This document shows, piece after piece, positions 1 to 8,682 of a DNA stretch of 64,000 nucleotides; the first letter of the stretch is position 1; every line of letters starts with the position of its first letter. The notes below the pieces were generated by a model. That model ran no database searches. It saw only the letters and a program-made list of their open reading frames with translations, and was not told the DNA's origin. The position numbers and the translations under genes are program-made. Origin of the DNA: Planctomycetota bacterium (GTDB lineage Bacteria; Planctomycetota; PLA2; JAEUHO01); the NCBI GenBank assembly GCA_965222115.1, contig CBDCTJ010000007.1, forward strand, positions 160,001-224,000, in the 5' to 3' direction.

Positions 1-545
1 TGTTTGTCGCCGCCGCCGGTGGCGTACACATCAGCGCCGAAGTATTTCGCCAACTGCAGTGCCACGTGCCCAACGCCGCCGGAGCCACCGTGGACCAAAA
101 CCCGCTGGCCCTTGTTGATGCCAGCACGGATCAGTCCTTCATACGCCGTGATCCCCACAAGCGGTAGCGCTGCCGCTTCACGCATGGAAAGGTTCTTTGG
201 CTTGCGAGCAATGAGTCGGTAGTCGGCGGTCATGTAGTCTGCGAGCGTCCCGGGCAGATCGGCCAATCCACCGGCACAACCAAACACTTCGTCGCCTACC
301 TCAAATCCCTGAACATCGTCACCCAAAGCCTCGATTGTGCCTGCGAAGTCCATTCCCAAAATTGCCGGCGTATCCGGCGAGAGCGGCAGCTCCTTGCCCA
401 TCTTGCGAATCATGGTGTCCACCGTATTCACGCTGGACGCTTCTATCTTCACCAGTACGTGCCCCGACCTCGGGTGGGGCGCGGGTACCTCAGTAGCTAC
501 GAATACGGCATCTTCACCGTATTCACGTATGACCATTGCTTTCAT
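1..545 (-). CDS. MDR-family (zinc-binding alcohol dehydrogenase-like) NADPH:quinone oxidoreductase, truncated at the window edge
   Basis: Not in the ORF track. Hand translation from ATG 545: MKAMVIREYG...VLVKIEASSVNTVD...ILGMDFAGTI...GDEVFG...AAALPLVGITAYEGL...VLVHGGSGGVGHVALQLAK. Confidence 0.9.
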   Translation of the reverse strand, partial: MKAMVIREYGEDAVFVATEVPAPHPRSGHVLVKIEASSVNTVDTMIRKMGKELPLSPDTPAILGMDFAGTIEALGDDVQGFEVGDEVFGCAGGLADLPGTLADYMTADYRLIARKPKNLSMREAAALPLVGITAYEGLIRAGINKGQRVLVHGGSGGVGHVALQLAKYFGADVYATGGGDK

Positions 546-667
546 AGCAAATTTCCTTATTGCGATGTGCCGAAGGAGTCCCGCAACAGTGCGAATGCGC
601 GCGCCACATCGGCCGCCGAAAACCGCTCAGAGCGCACGCACTGTCTCCTTCGTAGAGCCCTTCGCCA

Positions 668-1513
668 CTAGTTGATGTCCTGAACCTGCATGACAAGGTC
701 GTTCCAGTTCCTCTGGTTCTCCAAGTTGTTTTGAAATCCACCCTCTTCGGCAACCTGAAAGCGCTTAACGGCAGGCGTCTTGCTCGTGGCTTGATAAAGC
801 CAATACGCCTCCGCGCGCAGTGCATCCTCAATGGGCTTGTCGATTGACTCGTAAACAGCCTGTTTGCATGCATTGATCGACGCAGAAGGGAACTTGGCAA
901 TGCGCTTCGCCAAGCGATCCACGTAGGGACCAATCTCGTCGGGATCGAGCGCCTTATTGATGGTGCCGTAGGCTTCGGCTTCATCGGCATCAAAATCGCG
1001 CGCACTCAAAATGATCTCAAGGGCTCGACCCAAACCGACTTGGCGCGCCATGCGTGACGCGCCGCCACCGCACGGAAGAATTCCCATGCCAACCTCCATC
1101 TGCATGAGCTTGAACTTTCCGCGAGCAGCGAAACGCATATCGCATGCAAGGGCGAATTCATGTCCGCCGCCGCGCGCAAACCCTTCAAGCTTGGCAATCG
1201 TTGCTTGCGGCACCTTGCTAATGCGCTCAAGAATCGCCTGCAGGTCAAGCAGTGTTGCCTCGTCGCGCGCTACTGGCTCCTTGGAGAGATACTGCAAGAG
1301 TTCGGTATCGTAGTGGCACACCCAAATCTCTGGATGGCTCGACTGAAACACAACGACCTTTGTGTCGCGATCTCGTTCGAGTCGCATCGCAAGTGTGTTT
1401 AGGTCGGCCAACATGGGCGCGCCCTGGACGTTCACCGGCTCGTAGTCGAATGTGACTGTGAGCACGCCCTCGCGTTGCTCGGCTTTGAATGTCTTGAATC
1501 CTTCGTAGTTCAT
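668..1513 (-). CDS. Enoyl-CoA hydratase/isomerase (crotonase) family protein
   Basis: IAKLEGFARGGGHEFALACDMRFA, EVGMGILPCGGG, GRALEIILSARDFDADEA crotonase motifs. Confidence 0.92.
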   Translation of the reverse strand: MNYEGFKTFKAEQREGVLTVTFDYEPVNVQGAPMLADLNTLAMRLERDRDTKVVVFQSSHPEIWVCHYDTELLQYLSKEPVARDEATLLDLQAILERISKVPQATIAKLEGFARGGGHEFALACDMRFAARGKFKLMQMEVGMGILPCGGGASRMARQVGLGRALEIILSARDFDADEAEAYGTINKALDPDEIGPYVDRLAKRIAKFPSASINACKQAVYESIDKPIEDALRAEAYWLYQATSKTPAVKRFQVAEEGGFQNNLENQRNWNDLVMQVQDIN

Positions 1514-1618
1514 CTTGCTCCTTCGTGCGTGCGGTTGGACGTGGATCGCCTCGCCGAGAAGGCGACGCGCAGAACCAGCTCGGGGAGCGGGGAGGATCTA
1601 CCATCCGGAATAAAATTC

Positions 1619-1650
1619 AAGTACCCACAATTTTGTAAGTAACCTACATA
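1619..1650. promoter_or_regulatory. Probable HxlR-family operator in the divergent promoter
   Basis: AT-rich imperfect inverted repeat AAGTACCCACAATTTTGTAAGTAACCTACATA between a divergent hxlR-like gene and the crotonase/MDR genes. Confidence 0.5.
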
Positions 1651-1673
1651 TCTGTTTGTATTGGAGATCGCTG

Positions 1674-2027
1674 ATGGCGCGAAACTACTGCTGGAAGACC
1701 GGCTGCGATGTGGAAGCCACCCTGAGTGTGATCGGTGGCAGGTGGAAACCCGTAATCGTGTGCCACTTACTCGATGGGCGAAAGCGATTTGGCGAGTTGC
1801 GCCGCCTCATAGAGAACGCGACAGAGCGGATGATCACATTGCAACTTCGTGAACTCGAAGCAGACGGCGTCGTGAGCCGACACGTTTACGCCGAGGTGCC
1901 GCCCCGCGTGGAGTATGACGTAACCGATTTCGGACGAACACTTGAACCCATACTTACCGTAATGCAAGACTGGGGAAGCGCATTTAAGGCACGGCGCCTC
2001 GCAGCGCTTGAGGGCGAGGACGCGTGA
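1674..2027 (+). CDS. HxlR family winged-helix transcriptional regulator
   Basis: CDVEATLSVIGGRWKPVI...KRFGELRR...LQLRELEADGVVSRHVYAEVPPRVEY; GGAG RBS before ATG 1674. Confidence 0.93.
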   Translation: MARNYCWKTGCDVEATLSVIGGRWKPVIVCHLLDGRKRFGELRRLIENATERMITLQLRELEADGVVSRHVYAEVPPRVEYDVTDFGRTLEPILTVMQDWGSAFKARRLAALEGEDA

Positions 2028-2525
2028 CGCCTACACGTAACGAGTCACTCACACACCTCGCAACCAAGATTCGTGATCTTCCAGCGCGAAGCCCTTTGGA
2101 AGTCACTGGTTAGGGCCGACGGTGAACGGTCGACGCGCTGCGAGGTATTGAAGGCGCCATTAGGGGCATCTTGTTGATGTCCCTTTCGTTTCCCGGCAGA
2201 CTCATGGAAAGGCGTGAACGGCGCGTTCGTCCTCTTTGTGCTCCATGAACGGGGAAGAGGAAGACGTCTCGAAACTAGAAACGGGCATTCGGTCGCCAAA
2301 TTCCAAGTGAACTCATTGGCGGAAGATCCAATCGCAGCCCGTACTGCCGCCGAAAGTGCATACCGCGCTATGCACCTGAGATCCGACGCGGTGCTATTCG
2401 ACCTGTATGAAAACGGCGTGATGCACAGGTGGAAATCGGATCGTAGATCCGTCGGTTTGCCAACGTACAAAGATATAATGGCGTGTACAGCACTCGCACA
2501 TCGGGCGAGTGCATTCGGAGGACGC

Positions 2526-3029
2526 GTGACGCCCACACGCAAATCTCTCTTGGCCATCGCGCTTGGCATTCCCCTTGGCATCGGCATCTTTTCGTTTCAC
2601 TACGCCGGTGGCACGTCGTACCTAAGTAGCAACCCCACCGCCTGTGCCAATTGCCACATCATGGATCACCACTACGATTCGTGGCAGAAGGGGAGCCATC
2701 ATGGCGTTGCTACGTGCGTGGATTGCCACTTGCCCGCATCGGGCATCGAAAAGTACGTGGCCAAAGCCATCAACGGCTACAACCACTCCAAGGCCTTCAC
2801 GCTACAGAATTTTCATGAACCCATCATGATTGGCGAGGCCAACAGCAAGATCTTGCAGGAGAACTGCGTGCGCTGTCACGGCGATCTCTTGCACGAAACC
2901 ATGACGGGATCGTCCACACGCTACGAACCCGGTCGATGTGTCCATTGCCATCGTTCCGTTGGACACGGGCAATGGCTTGGCGTCGGCGGACCCGATCGCG
3001 GCGCTGCCAAGGAAAGTGAGGCTCGATAA
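2526..3029 (+). CDS. nrfH: Cytochrome c nitrite reductase small subunit (tetrahaem, NapC/NirT family)
   Basis: N-terminal TM helix and four haem motifs CANCH, CVDCH, CVRCH, CVHCH. GGAGGA RBS before GTG 2526. Stop overlaps the nrfA start. Confidence 0.93.
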   Translation: MTPTRKSLLAIALGIPLGIGIFSFHYAGGTSYLSSNPTACANCHIMDHHYDSWQKGSHHGVATCVDCHLPASGIEKYVAKAINGYNHSKAFTLQNFHEPIMIGEANSKILQENCVRCHGDLLHETMTGSSTRYEPGRCVHCHRSVGHGQWLGVGGPDRGAAKESEAR

Positions 3030-4471
3030 TGGAATCCGAGAAGGCGCACACCAACAAGCAGCGCGGAGGCGGCTGGTGGTGGTTGATTCTCCTTGCGACA
3101 ATGATTGTGACGGCGCTCGTTACGGCGTTGCTCGTCAACATCATGGAGCGCAAGCAAGAGGCGAAGACGCCCTTTGTGCGTGTGGTAGAGGTGGATGAAG
3201 ACACCACCGACGCTGCCGAATGGGGTAAGAACTGGCCGCGGCAATATGACGGCTACCTGCGCACCGCGCAGGCAACCCGCACGCGTTTTGGAGGTCATGG
3301 CGGCAGTGAGGCCATGCCCGAAGAGAAAATCGAGCGCGACCCGTGGCTCAAGCGCATGTTCTTAGGCTATGCGTTCTCGATTGACTACCGCGATCGACGA
3401 GGCCACGCCTATATGCTCCACGATCAGGAGCAAACCGAACGATTGACGAAACCTCAGTCAGGCTCATGCCTTCACTGCCACGCGTCCATCATGCCTGTGT
3501 ATCGCGAGCTTGGCGACGGCGATGCCGCAAAGGGCTTCGCCAAGACGTACTCGATGTCATACAAGGAACTCAATGCCAAGTTGCACGAGAGTGGACACGG
3601 CCATCCTGTGTCCTGCGTTGACTGCCACGATCCCAAAACGCTTGAGATTCGCGTGACCCGTCCGGGCTTCATTGAAGGCATTCAAGCGCTGGCGGCAGGC
3701 AACGCCCCGGTGCCCCATATTCCCTCCATCGAGCTCTGGCGCAAAGGGGACCGCAAGACGCCCTACGACCCGAACCGAGACGCGAGTCGCAATGAGATGC
3801 GCTCCTTTGTGTGTGGGCAGTGCCATGTGGAGTACTACTGCTCGAGCGACTTCAAGTTGACCTTTCCGTGGGGCGAAGGGCTCAGCGTAGAGCAGACCGA
3901 GAGTTTCTGGAACAACACCAAACTCTCGTCGGGCGAGCGCTTCTTTGATTACAAGCACAAGGAAACCGGTGCAGCGATTTTGAAAGCGCAACACCCCGAG
4001 TACGAACTCTGGAGTCAAGGTATTCACGCTCGCAGTGGCGTGTCGTGCGCCGACTGCCATATGCCCTACATGCGCGAGGGTGCGTCCAAGATATCCGATC
4101 ACTGGGTTCGAAGTCCCCTGCTCAACATCAATCGTGCGTGTCAGACTTGCCACCACGTTGCTGAATCTGAACTCAAAGCACGCGTCGACTCCATTCAGGA
4201 CAAGAATCGCGCGCTCATGTTACGTGCAGGCGCCGCACTCATGGACCAGCTCGACGCTATCGTGAAAGCGCGGAAGGAGGGCGCTACTGATGAGCAGTTG
4301 GCCGAGGCCCTGGAGTTTCAGCGCAAGGCACAGTGGCGCCTCGATTTCATTGCCGCAGAAAACTCGATGGGCTTTCACGCGCCACAAGAAGCGGCACGCA
4401 TCTTGGGCGAAGCCGCCCACATGGCGCGCGAAGGCCAGATCGCGGCCATGAAATGGAACGAGGCAAAATAG
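3029..4471 (+). CDS. nrfA: Ammonia-forming pentahaem cytochrome c552 nitrite reductase (CXXCH variant at haem 1)
   Basis: [16 protein letters not shown], haem motifs [29 protein letters not shown], plus KAQHPEYE and [10 protein letters not shown]. Confidence 0.96.
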   Translation: MESEKAHTNKQRGGGWWWLILLATMIVTALVTALLVNIMERKQEAKTPFVRVVEVDEDTTDAAEWGKNWPRQYDGYLRTAQATRTRFGGHGGSEAMPEEKIERDPWLKRMFLGYAFSIDYRDRRGHAYMLHDQEQTERLTKPQSGSCLHCHASIMPVYRELGDGDAAKGFAKTYSMSYKELNAKLHESGHGHPVSCVDCHDPKTLEIRVTRPGFIEGIQALAAGNAPVPHIPSIELWRKGDRKTPYDPNRDASRNEMRSFVCGQCHVEYYCSSDFKLTFPWGEGLSVEQTESFWNNTKLSSGERFFDYKHKETGAAILKAQHPEYELWSQGIHARSGVSCADCHMPYMREGASKISDHWVRSPLLNINRACQTCHHVAESELKARVDSIQDKNRALMLRAGAALMDQLDAIVKARKEGATDEQLAEALEFQRKAQWRLDFIAAENSMGFHAPQEAARILGEAAHMAREGQIAAMKWNEAK

Positions 4472-4531
4472 ACCGCGGCGGAGCGCGGGGATTGAGTCGC
4501 TCGGCGGGCGACTGGCCATAGACTGCCCGCC

Positions 4532-4966
4532 ATGAAATCACTCCGCTCGCTCATCCTTGTTCCGACTCTTTCCATCTTGACGATTGCCTGCGGTGGCACC
4601 GACACCAAGTCAGCCACCAAAGAGGAACGAACCAAGGCCACTATCTTGAAGCTGCTCGAGCTCGCCAAGTCGGGCGACGCCAAGGCTGCTGCGCCACTTG
4701 TTGTTTACCGCGGAGGTGACAAGACCCGCAAGTGGAAAGATGTGATCAACCCGAACAACGAAGATGAACTCAAACGCCTGAAGATGAATCTGGGTGAGCT
4801 TAAGGAACTCGCCGGTGATGCCACCCCTGCCTTTGTCGAATTTACTACCAACAAGGAAAGCGAAGGGCAGTGGCTCGTTTGGAAAACGAAGATCGACGGC
4901 AAAGACATCATGTTCGCGTGCCTTGAGATTAATGGACAAATCGCACTGGCTGATCTCGACACGTAG
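4532..4966 (+). CDS. Hypothetical lipoprotein
   Basis: Signal peptide with lipobox LTIA-C; Lys/Glu-rich globular body. Confidence 0.7.
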   Translation: MKSLRSLILVPTLSILTIACGGTDTKSATKEERTKATILKLLELAKSGDAKAAAPLVVYRGGDKTRKWKDVINPNNEDELKRLKMNLGELKELAGDATPAFVEFTTNKESEGQWLVWKTKIDGKDIMFACLEINGQIALADLDT

Positions 4967-4992
4967 ATTCGCCAGTCGGCGTCCCGATGCGC

Positions 4993-6207
4993 TTACTTGC
5001 TCGTACCGTAGGTCGATGACGCAGTAACACTCGATGCCCATTGGCCGCCTAACGCATCGATGAGCTGTACGGCATCGATTTCATTCCAACCGGACGCGCG
5101 ATGGGTATCGAGCGTTAATCGAATCGTCCGCGTGAGTAGCCCTCGGTCGTTGAGTGCAAGATCGAGCCAGCGTATGGCGGCGCCATTTGAATCGACGTGC
5201 CCCTCCCACAGGAGTTCCCAATCGCCGCCCACACCCTTGCCTTCCACACGCACCACGGCTCCGGGATTGTATGTTTCGTGAATCCGAATGCGGGAGGGGT
5301 ACACCGCACGCTCAAACGTCATGTCTAGCGTCACGTTGCCCATATCGGCGTACTTGCTGGCCCATGCGGTTACATGATCGCCACCCTCAAACGTATCGGG
5401 CTCGCCTGTGGCTTGAACGGCACCCCAGTTGGCACCTTTTGCCCGTGCAAGCTTTGCAGTCAACGCTCTTCGCTCGCTAGGGGAAATGGCGTTGCCATGC
5501 GTCAGGGCCGTTCGACGCAGCGCAGTCAACTCGGTATCCTCAAAAGGAAGCCCGCGAAGTGCATCGATCGCTATAGGACGCTCATCGTCCGACTCGAGCA
5601 ATGCGCCGATCTCTTTGCGCGCCTCCGCCCCGCCGCCGATGCGATGCGCAAGTTGCAGCACACTCGAACGCGTGCTTCCCAGCGATCCACGATCTCGCGC
5701 CATCTCCACCAGCAAGGGGAGCGCAGCCGCGGGCATGCGAGCATCGGGCTGCTTCAAAATGTCGAACACGGCAATCAAGAGCTGGCCTTCGAGTTGGCCG
5801 CTCATGAGGAGTTCGCCTGCCATCTCTTGTGCGAGCAAGCGTTCGCGCAATGCAAGCGAACGAAGCGCCGCCGCACGTTCCGCCAGCGATTTGCTCGTGT
5901 CGCGCACGATGGAGTAATCCGAAGCGCCGCGCGTGCGTCTCGCTTGCTCTACGTTCGAAAACGCAGGATGTTCATCGCCTGAACGCTTATCACTACGACT
6001 TTGGGTTTCGAGGTTGTCTCCCTGGAGCTGCTGTTGGGGCGGTTGTAAACCAGGACTTCCCCGAGCCCCATGATCTCGCGATGGGAGCACCAACATCGAT
6101 GAGTCGCTAGCTACAAGTCGCGGTGCGGGGGTACTGGGTTCAAGGAGCACCATAAGCGTGGCACCGAGAGCAAGTCCCAACAAGAATGACCACCAATGTC
6201 GATTCAT
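4993..6207 (-). CDS. Membrane-anchored protein with HEAT-like helical region and C-terminal jelly-roll (FBXL4/pappalysin-like) domain
   Basis: N-terminal TM; Ala/Leu-rich helical repeats; WGAVQATGEPDT...AWAS...IHETYNPGAVVRVE...WNEIDAVQL motifs. Confidence 0.65.
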   Translation of the reverse strand: MNRHWWSFLLGLALGATLMVLLEPSTPAPRLVASDSSMLVLPSRDHGARGSPGLQPPQQQLQGDNLETQSRSDKRSGDEHPAFSNVEQARRTRGASDYSIVRDTSKSLAERAAALRSLALRERLLAQEMAGELLMSGQLEGQLLIAVFDILKQPDARMPAAALPLLVEMARDRGSLGSTRSSVLQLAHRIGGGAEARKEIGALLESDDERPIAIDALRGLPFEDTELTALRRTALTHGNAISPSERRALTAKLARAKGANWGAVQATGEPDTFEGGDHVTAWASKYADMGNVTLDMTFERAVYPSRIRIHETYNPGAVVRVEGKGVGGDWELLWEGHVDSNGAAIRWLDLALNDRGLLTRTIRLTLDTHRASGWNEIDAVQLIDALGGQWASSVTASSTYGTSK

Positions 6208-6328
6208 GATTGCCTAGCTTGCCTCTTCGACGTGTCCCTTCGAGGGACGCGCGGATGCACATCATAGCCCAAATCGATAGGCCGGAAATGGTGCTGCCCA
6301 CGGGCGATGTGTAATCGAACAAAGCCCC

Positions 6329-6673
6329 TTACCGCATGTTCGTCGCGTCGTAAAATGATGTTATCGCCGCAATTTTTCCGTCGCGCACATGCACCCAATC
6401 GCAGCACGGCACTTCGCCGCTGGGAAGCGTGAGGTCGTACCACACGACCGCTTCATCTTCGCCGCCCAGAACTTTGACGATCTTCATGGGGGGTGAGCCG
6501 CGCTCAAGCATCGGCTTCATCCACTCGAAGTACGTATCGCGACCTTCGATGGTCCCGAACGGGCTCGAATGCGTAAATGACTCGGCCAGTGGTAGCTTAT
6601 GAGGTGTTCCGGCAATCCACGCCTCGATCCATTCACGGGCAAGGGCGGCTGCTCCCTGACTTGCGGTACTCAT
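6329..6673 (-). CDS. SnoaL-like / NTF2 family protein
   Basis: LAESFTHSSPFGTIEGRD...CCDWVHVRDGKIAAITSFYD; GGAGG RBS before ATG 6673. Confidence 0.8.
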   Translation of the reverse strand: MSTASQGAAALAREWIEAWIAGTPHKLPLAESFTHSSPFGTIEGRDTYFEWMKPMLERGSPPMKIVKVLGGEDEAVVWYDLTLPSGEVPCCDWVHVRDGKIAAITSFYDATNMR

Positions 6674-6786
6674 AGTGCCTCCTGTCGATGTCAAGTGCAC
6701 GCGCAGAGTCTAACGTGCTCCATACGGAATGCGGGGTCGGCGTACGGACTGAGGAATCGAAGGAGCAAAACGGACGACGCGGGAGG

Positions 6787-7599
6787 CTACATCTCGTCAA
6801 TCACCTCCCGCCAGAGGTCACGCGCGACGGTTGCCGCGTCGGCAACTACGCCTTGGCGCACAAAGTAGTTGGTGAGCCGCGTGACATCGCGCACGAACAG
6901 TTCAAAGCCCTGCGGATGTTTGAGCGCGTCCACCGCCTGCGGGAAGTCGATCAGAATGCCTTCGCCTTGCCAGTAGAGCACATTGAAGGGTGACAAGTCG
7001 CCGTGCACAACATACTCGCTGAGCATGGTGCGTACGTCGGCCATGGTTGAATCAAACAATCGATACGCCTCATCGCGATCCAGCCGTACGGCGTGCAACG
7101 TGGGCGCGCCCTGCACCTCGTCGCCCAGAAACTCCATGAGGATCGCATTGCTTGAGTTGGTGAGTACCCGCGGGACACGCACGCCCACGCGATGCATATG
7201 CTCCAACATACTCACTTCATACTTGCACCACGCTCCGGCATCGAGCGCCCGGCCGTAGCGCGACCGTTTCTTTAGGGCTCGCGTGGTGCGCGAGTCGGGA
7301 TAGTTACCTTCCCCGGATCGAATAAGCCGCCCCGTCTTATAGAGCGAGTCATTCTTCATGGCGCGAAACATGCGCGGACGAAACACCTTCGCCGCAATGA
7401 ACTCGTGCCCGGTTGCCGGATGGGCTTTGCAACAGTAAACCGTTGCCTCCTTGCCTCCTTTCACACGAAAGAGCACGTCGGTAAACCACTCATCCATGTA
7501 GAAGCCGCCAAGCGACTTCAGTATCCACTTCATTTCCTGACGCCCACCGTTGAACGACGGATGGAACGCACTTGATAGATCATGCTTTTGCTGACTCAA
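6787..7599 (-). CDS. RIO1 family atypical protein kinase/ATPase
   Basis: VKGGKEATVY, AAKVFRP, ILMEFLG, VHGDLSPFNVLY, LIDFPQAVD. Start uncertain; TTG 7599 has a GGAG RBS. Confidence 0.9.
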   Translation of the reverse strand: MSQQKHDLSSAFHPSFNGGRQEMKWILKSLGGFYMDEWFTDVLFRVKGGKEATVYCCKAHPATGHEFIAAKVFRPRMFRAMKNDSLYKTGRLIRSGEGNYPDSRTTRALKKRSRYGRALDAGAWCKYEVSMLEHMHRVGVRVPRVLTNSSNAILMEFLGDEVQGAPTLHAVRLDRDEAYRLFDSTMADVRTMLSEYVVHGDLSPFNVLYWQGEGILIDFPQAVDALKHPQGFELFVRDVTRLTNYFVRQGVVADAATVARDLWREVIDEM

Positions 7600-7775
7600 T
7601 GCCAAACTCCAAGAGGGTTGCGCGAGAGACCGATCCCATGAACTCGCTATCAACGGCAGCGTTGGCTGCCGAAGGGCGAAACGCAATACGAGACGACGTA
7701 GTGCAATGTGGACAGGGCACCTCGCTCACAACCCAAAAGGCAGCGAAAGCAGCTAGCGCGCGCGCCGCGCGCTAA

Positions 7776-7816
7776 GCGACGGGTGACACGCGACGGGTGA
7801 CACGCGACGGGTGGAC
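7776..7816. repeat. 14-bp tandem repeat GCGACGGGTGACAC, about 3 copies, in the RIO kinase leader
   Basis: gcgacgggtgacac gcgacgggtgacac gcgacgggtggac read directly. Confidence 0.85.
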
Positions 7817-7819
7817 GCG

Positions 7820-7894
7820 CTAGATGGCGATCCCAGCAGCGCGAGGCGCCTGATTCGTATCTGTATTTGAATTCGTATTCGTGTTGACTTTCAT
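7820..7894 (-). CDS. Putative 24-aa leader peptide MKVNTNTNSNTDTNQAPRAAGIAI
   Basis: Strong SD AGAAAGGAGG 6 nt before ATG 7894, stop TAG 7820; upstream of and co-oriented with the RIO kinase. Confidence 0.55.
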   Translation of the reverse strand: MKVNTNTNSNTDTNQAPRAAGIAI

Positions 7895-8156
7895 TGGACG
7901 CCTCCTTTCTGCGCTGGGGCAATGGGTGTTGATCTGTTGTGTGCAAGCTTACACCGACGCAACGCGACGGGAACTAGAAAATTCACGCGCCGTGGACGAT
8001 CCCATGCGTCGCGAAGACGACACGCTTGGCCTGAAACGACGCTCTTGGACGAAGTCGAAAAACACAGCTCGGTAGAAGCCCACTTGAACATTCGGGGAAC
8101 ATTCGCTGACGGAAGTCGGCGCCATTGGGCCCAGGCGCTTCAAATCAACCGACGAG

Positions 8157-8588
8157 CTACTTGGCTGACTTCTCCTTGCTGTCATCGTCATCATCATCAT
8201 CGTCATCATCTTCACCATCGTCATCATCTTCACCATCGTCGTCCTCGTCCTCGACGATGATCTTGCCTGACTTGGCGTCGATCTCGATTTCACGGAGCTC
8301 GGGCTTCTTGCCTGGGATCAAGACTACGATCTCATACACCAGCTTGCCATCATCTACTTCGAATTCACCACGTACGGCCGAGCCTTTGCTCGCCGCCTCA
8401 GCGATAGCCAGTGCATTGCAAAGCGTTACGCGCGCTTGCTTAACAAGCTTGGCCATGGTCTGCGCCTTGGTCTCGGGCGTCTTGGCCTTCGGCGCTGCCT
8501 TGTCCGCGTGCGCAGGCATCGAAATGGCGAAGGCCGCAACCAGAATGGCGAGCGCGAATATCGTCCAGCGTGAAAGAAAGTTCTTCAT
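8157..8588 (-). CDS. Secreted PepSY-domain protein with poly-Asp tail
   Basis: Signal peptide (AHA-D); ARVTLCNALAIA...EFEVDDGKLVYEI...EIEIDAKSGKI; DEDDDDGEDDDD tail. Confidence 0.8.
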   Translation of the reverse strand: MKNFLSRWTIFALAILVAAFAISMPAHADKAAPKAKTPETKAQTMAKLVKQARVTLCNALAIAEAASKGSAVRGEFEVDDGKLVYEIVVLIPGKKPELREIEIDAKSGKIIVEDEDDDGEDDDDGEDDDDDDDDDDSKEKSAK

Positions 8589-8682
8589 GGCGTTCTCCTC
8601 GTCCTCAGTGTATCGCGATACGAGCAACTGCGTACATTGGACTGAGCCGGACTTAGGAACGACTTACGATCTTCGATACGGA

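Noticed and set aside
2214-2525. 104-aa N-terminal extension of NrfH in the ORF track
   Set aside because: NrfH homology starts at the TM helix, and GTG 2526 has a GGAGGA RBS. The extension is probably promoter DNA.
7776-7816. Possible mini CRISPR array
   Set aside because: The 14-bp units are directly adjacent with no spacers, and there are no cas genes.
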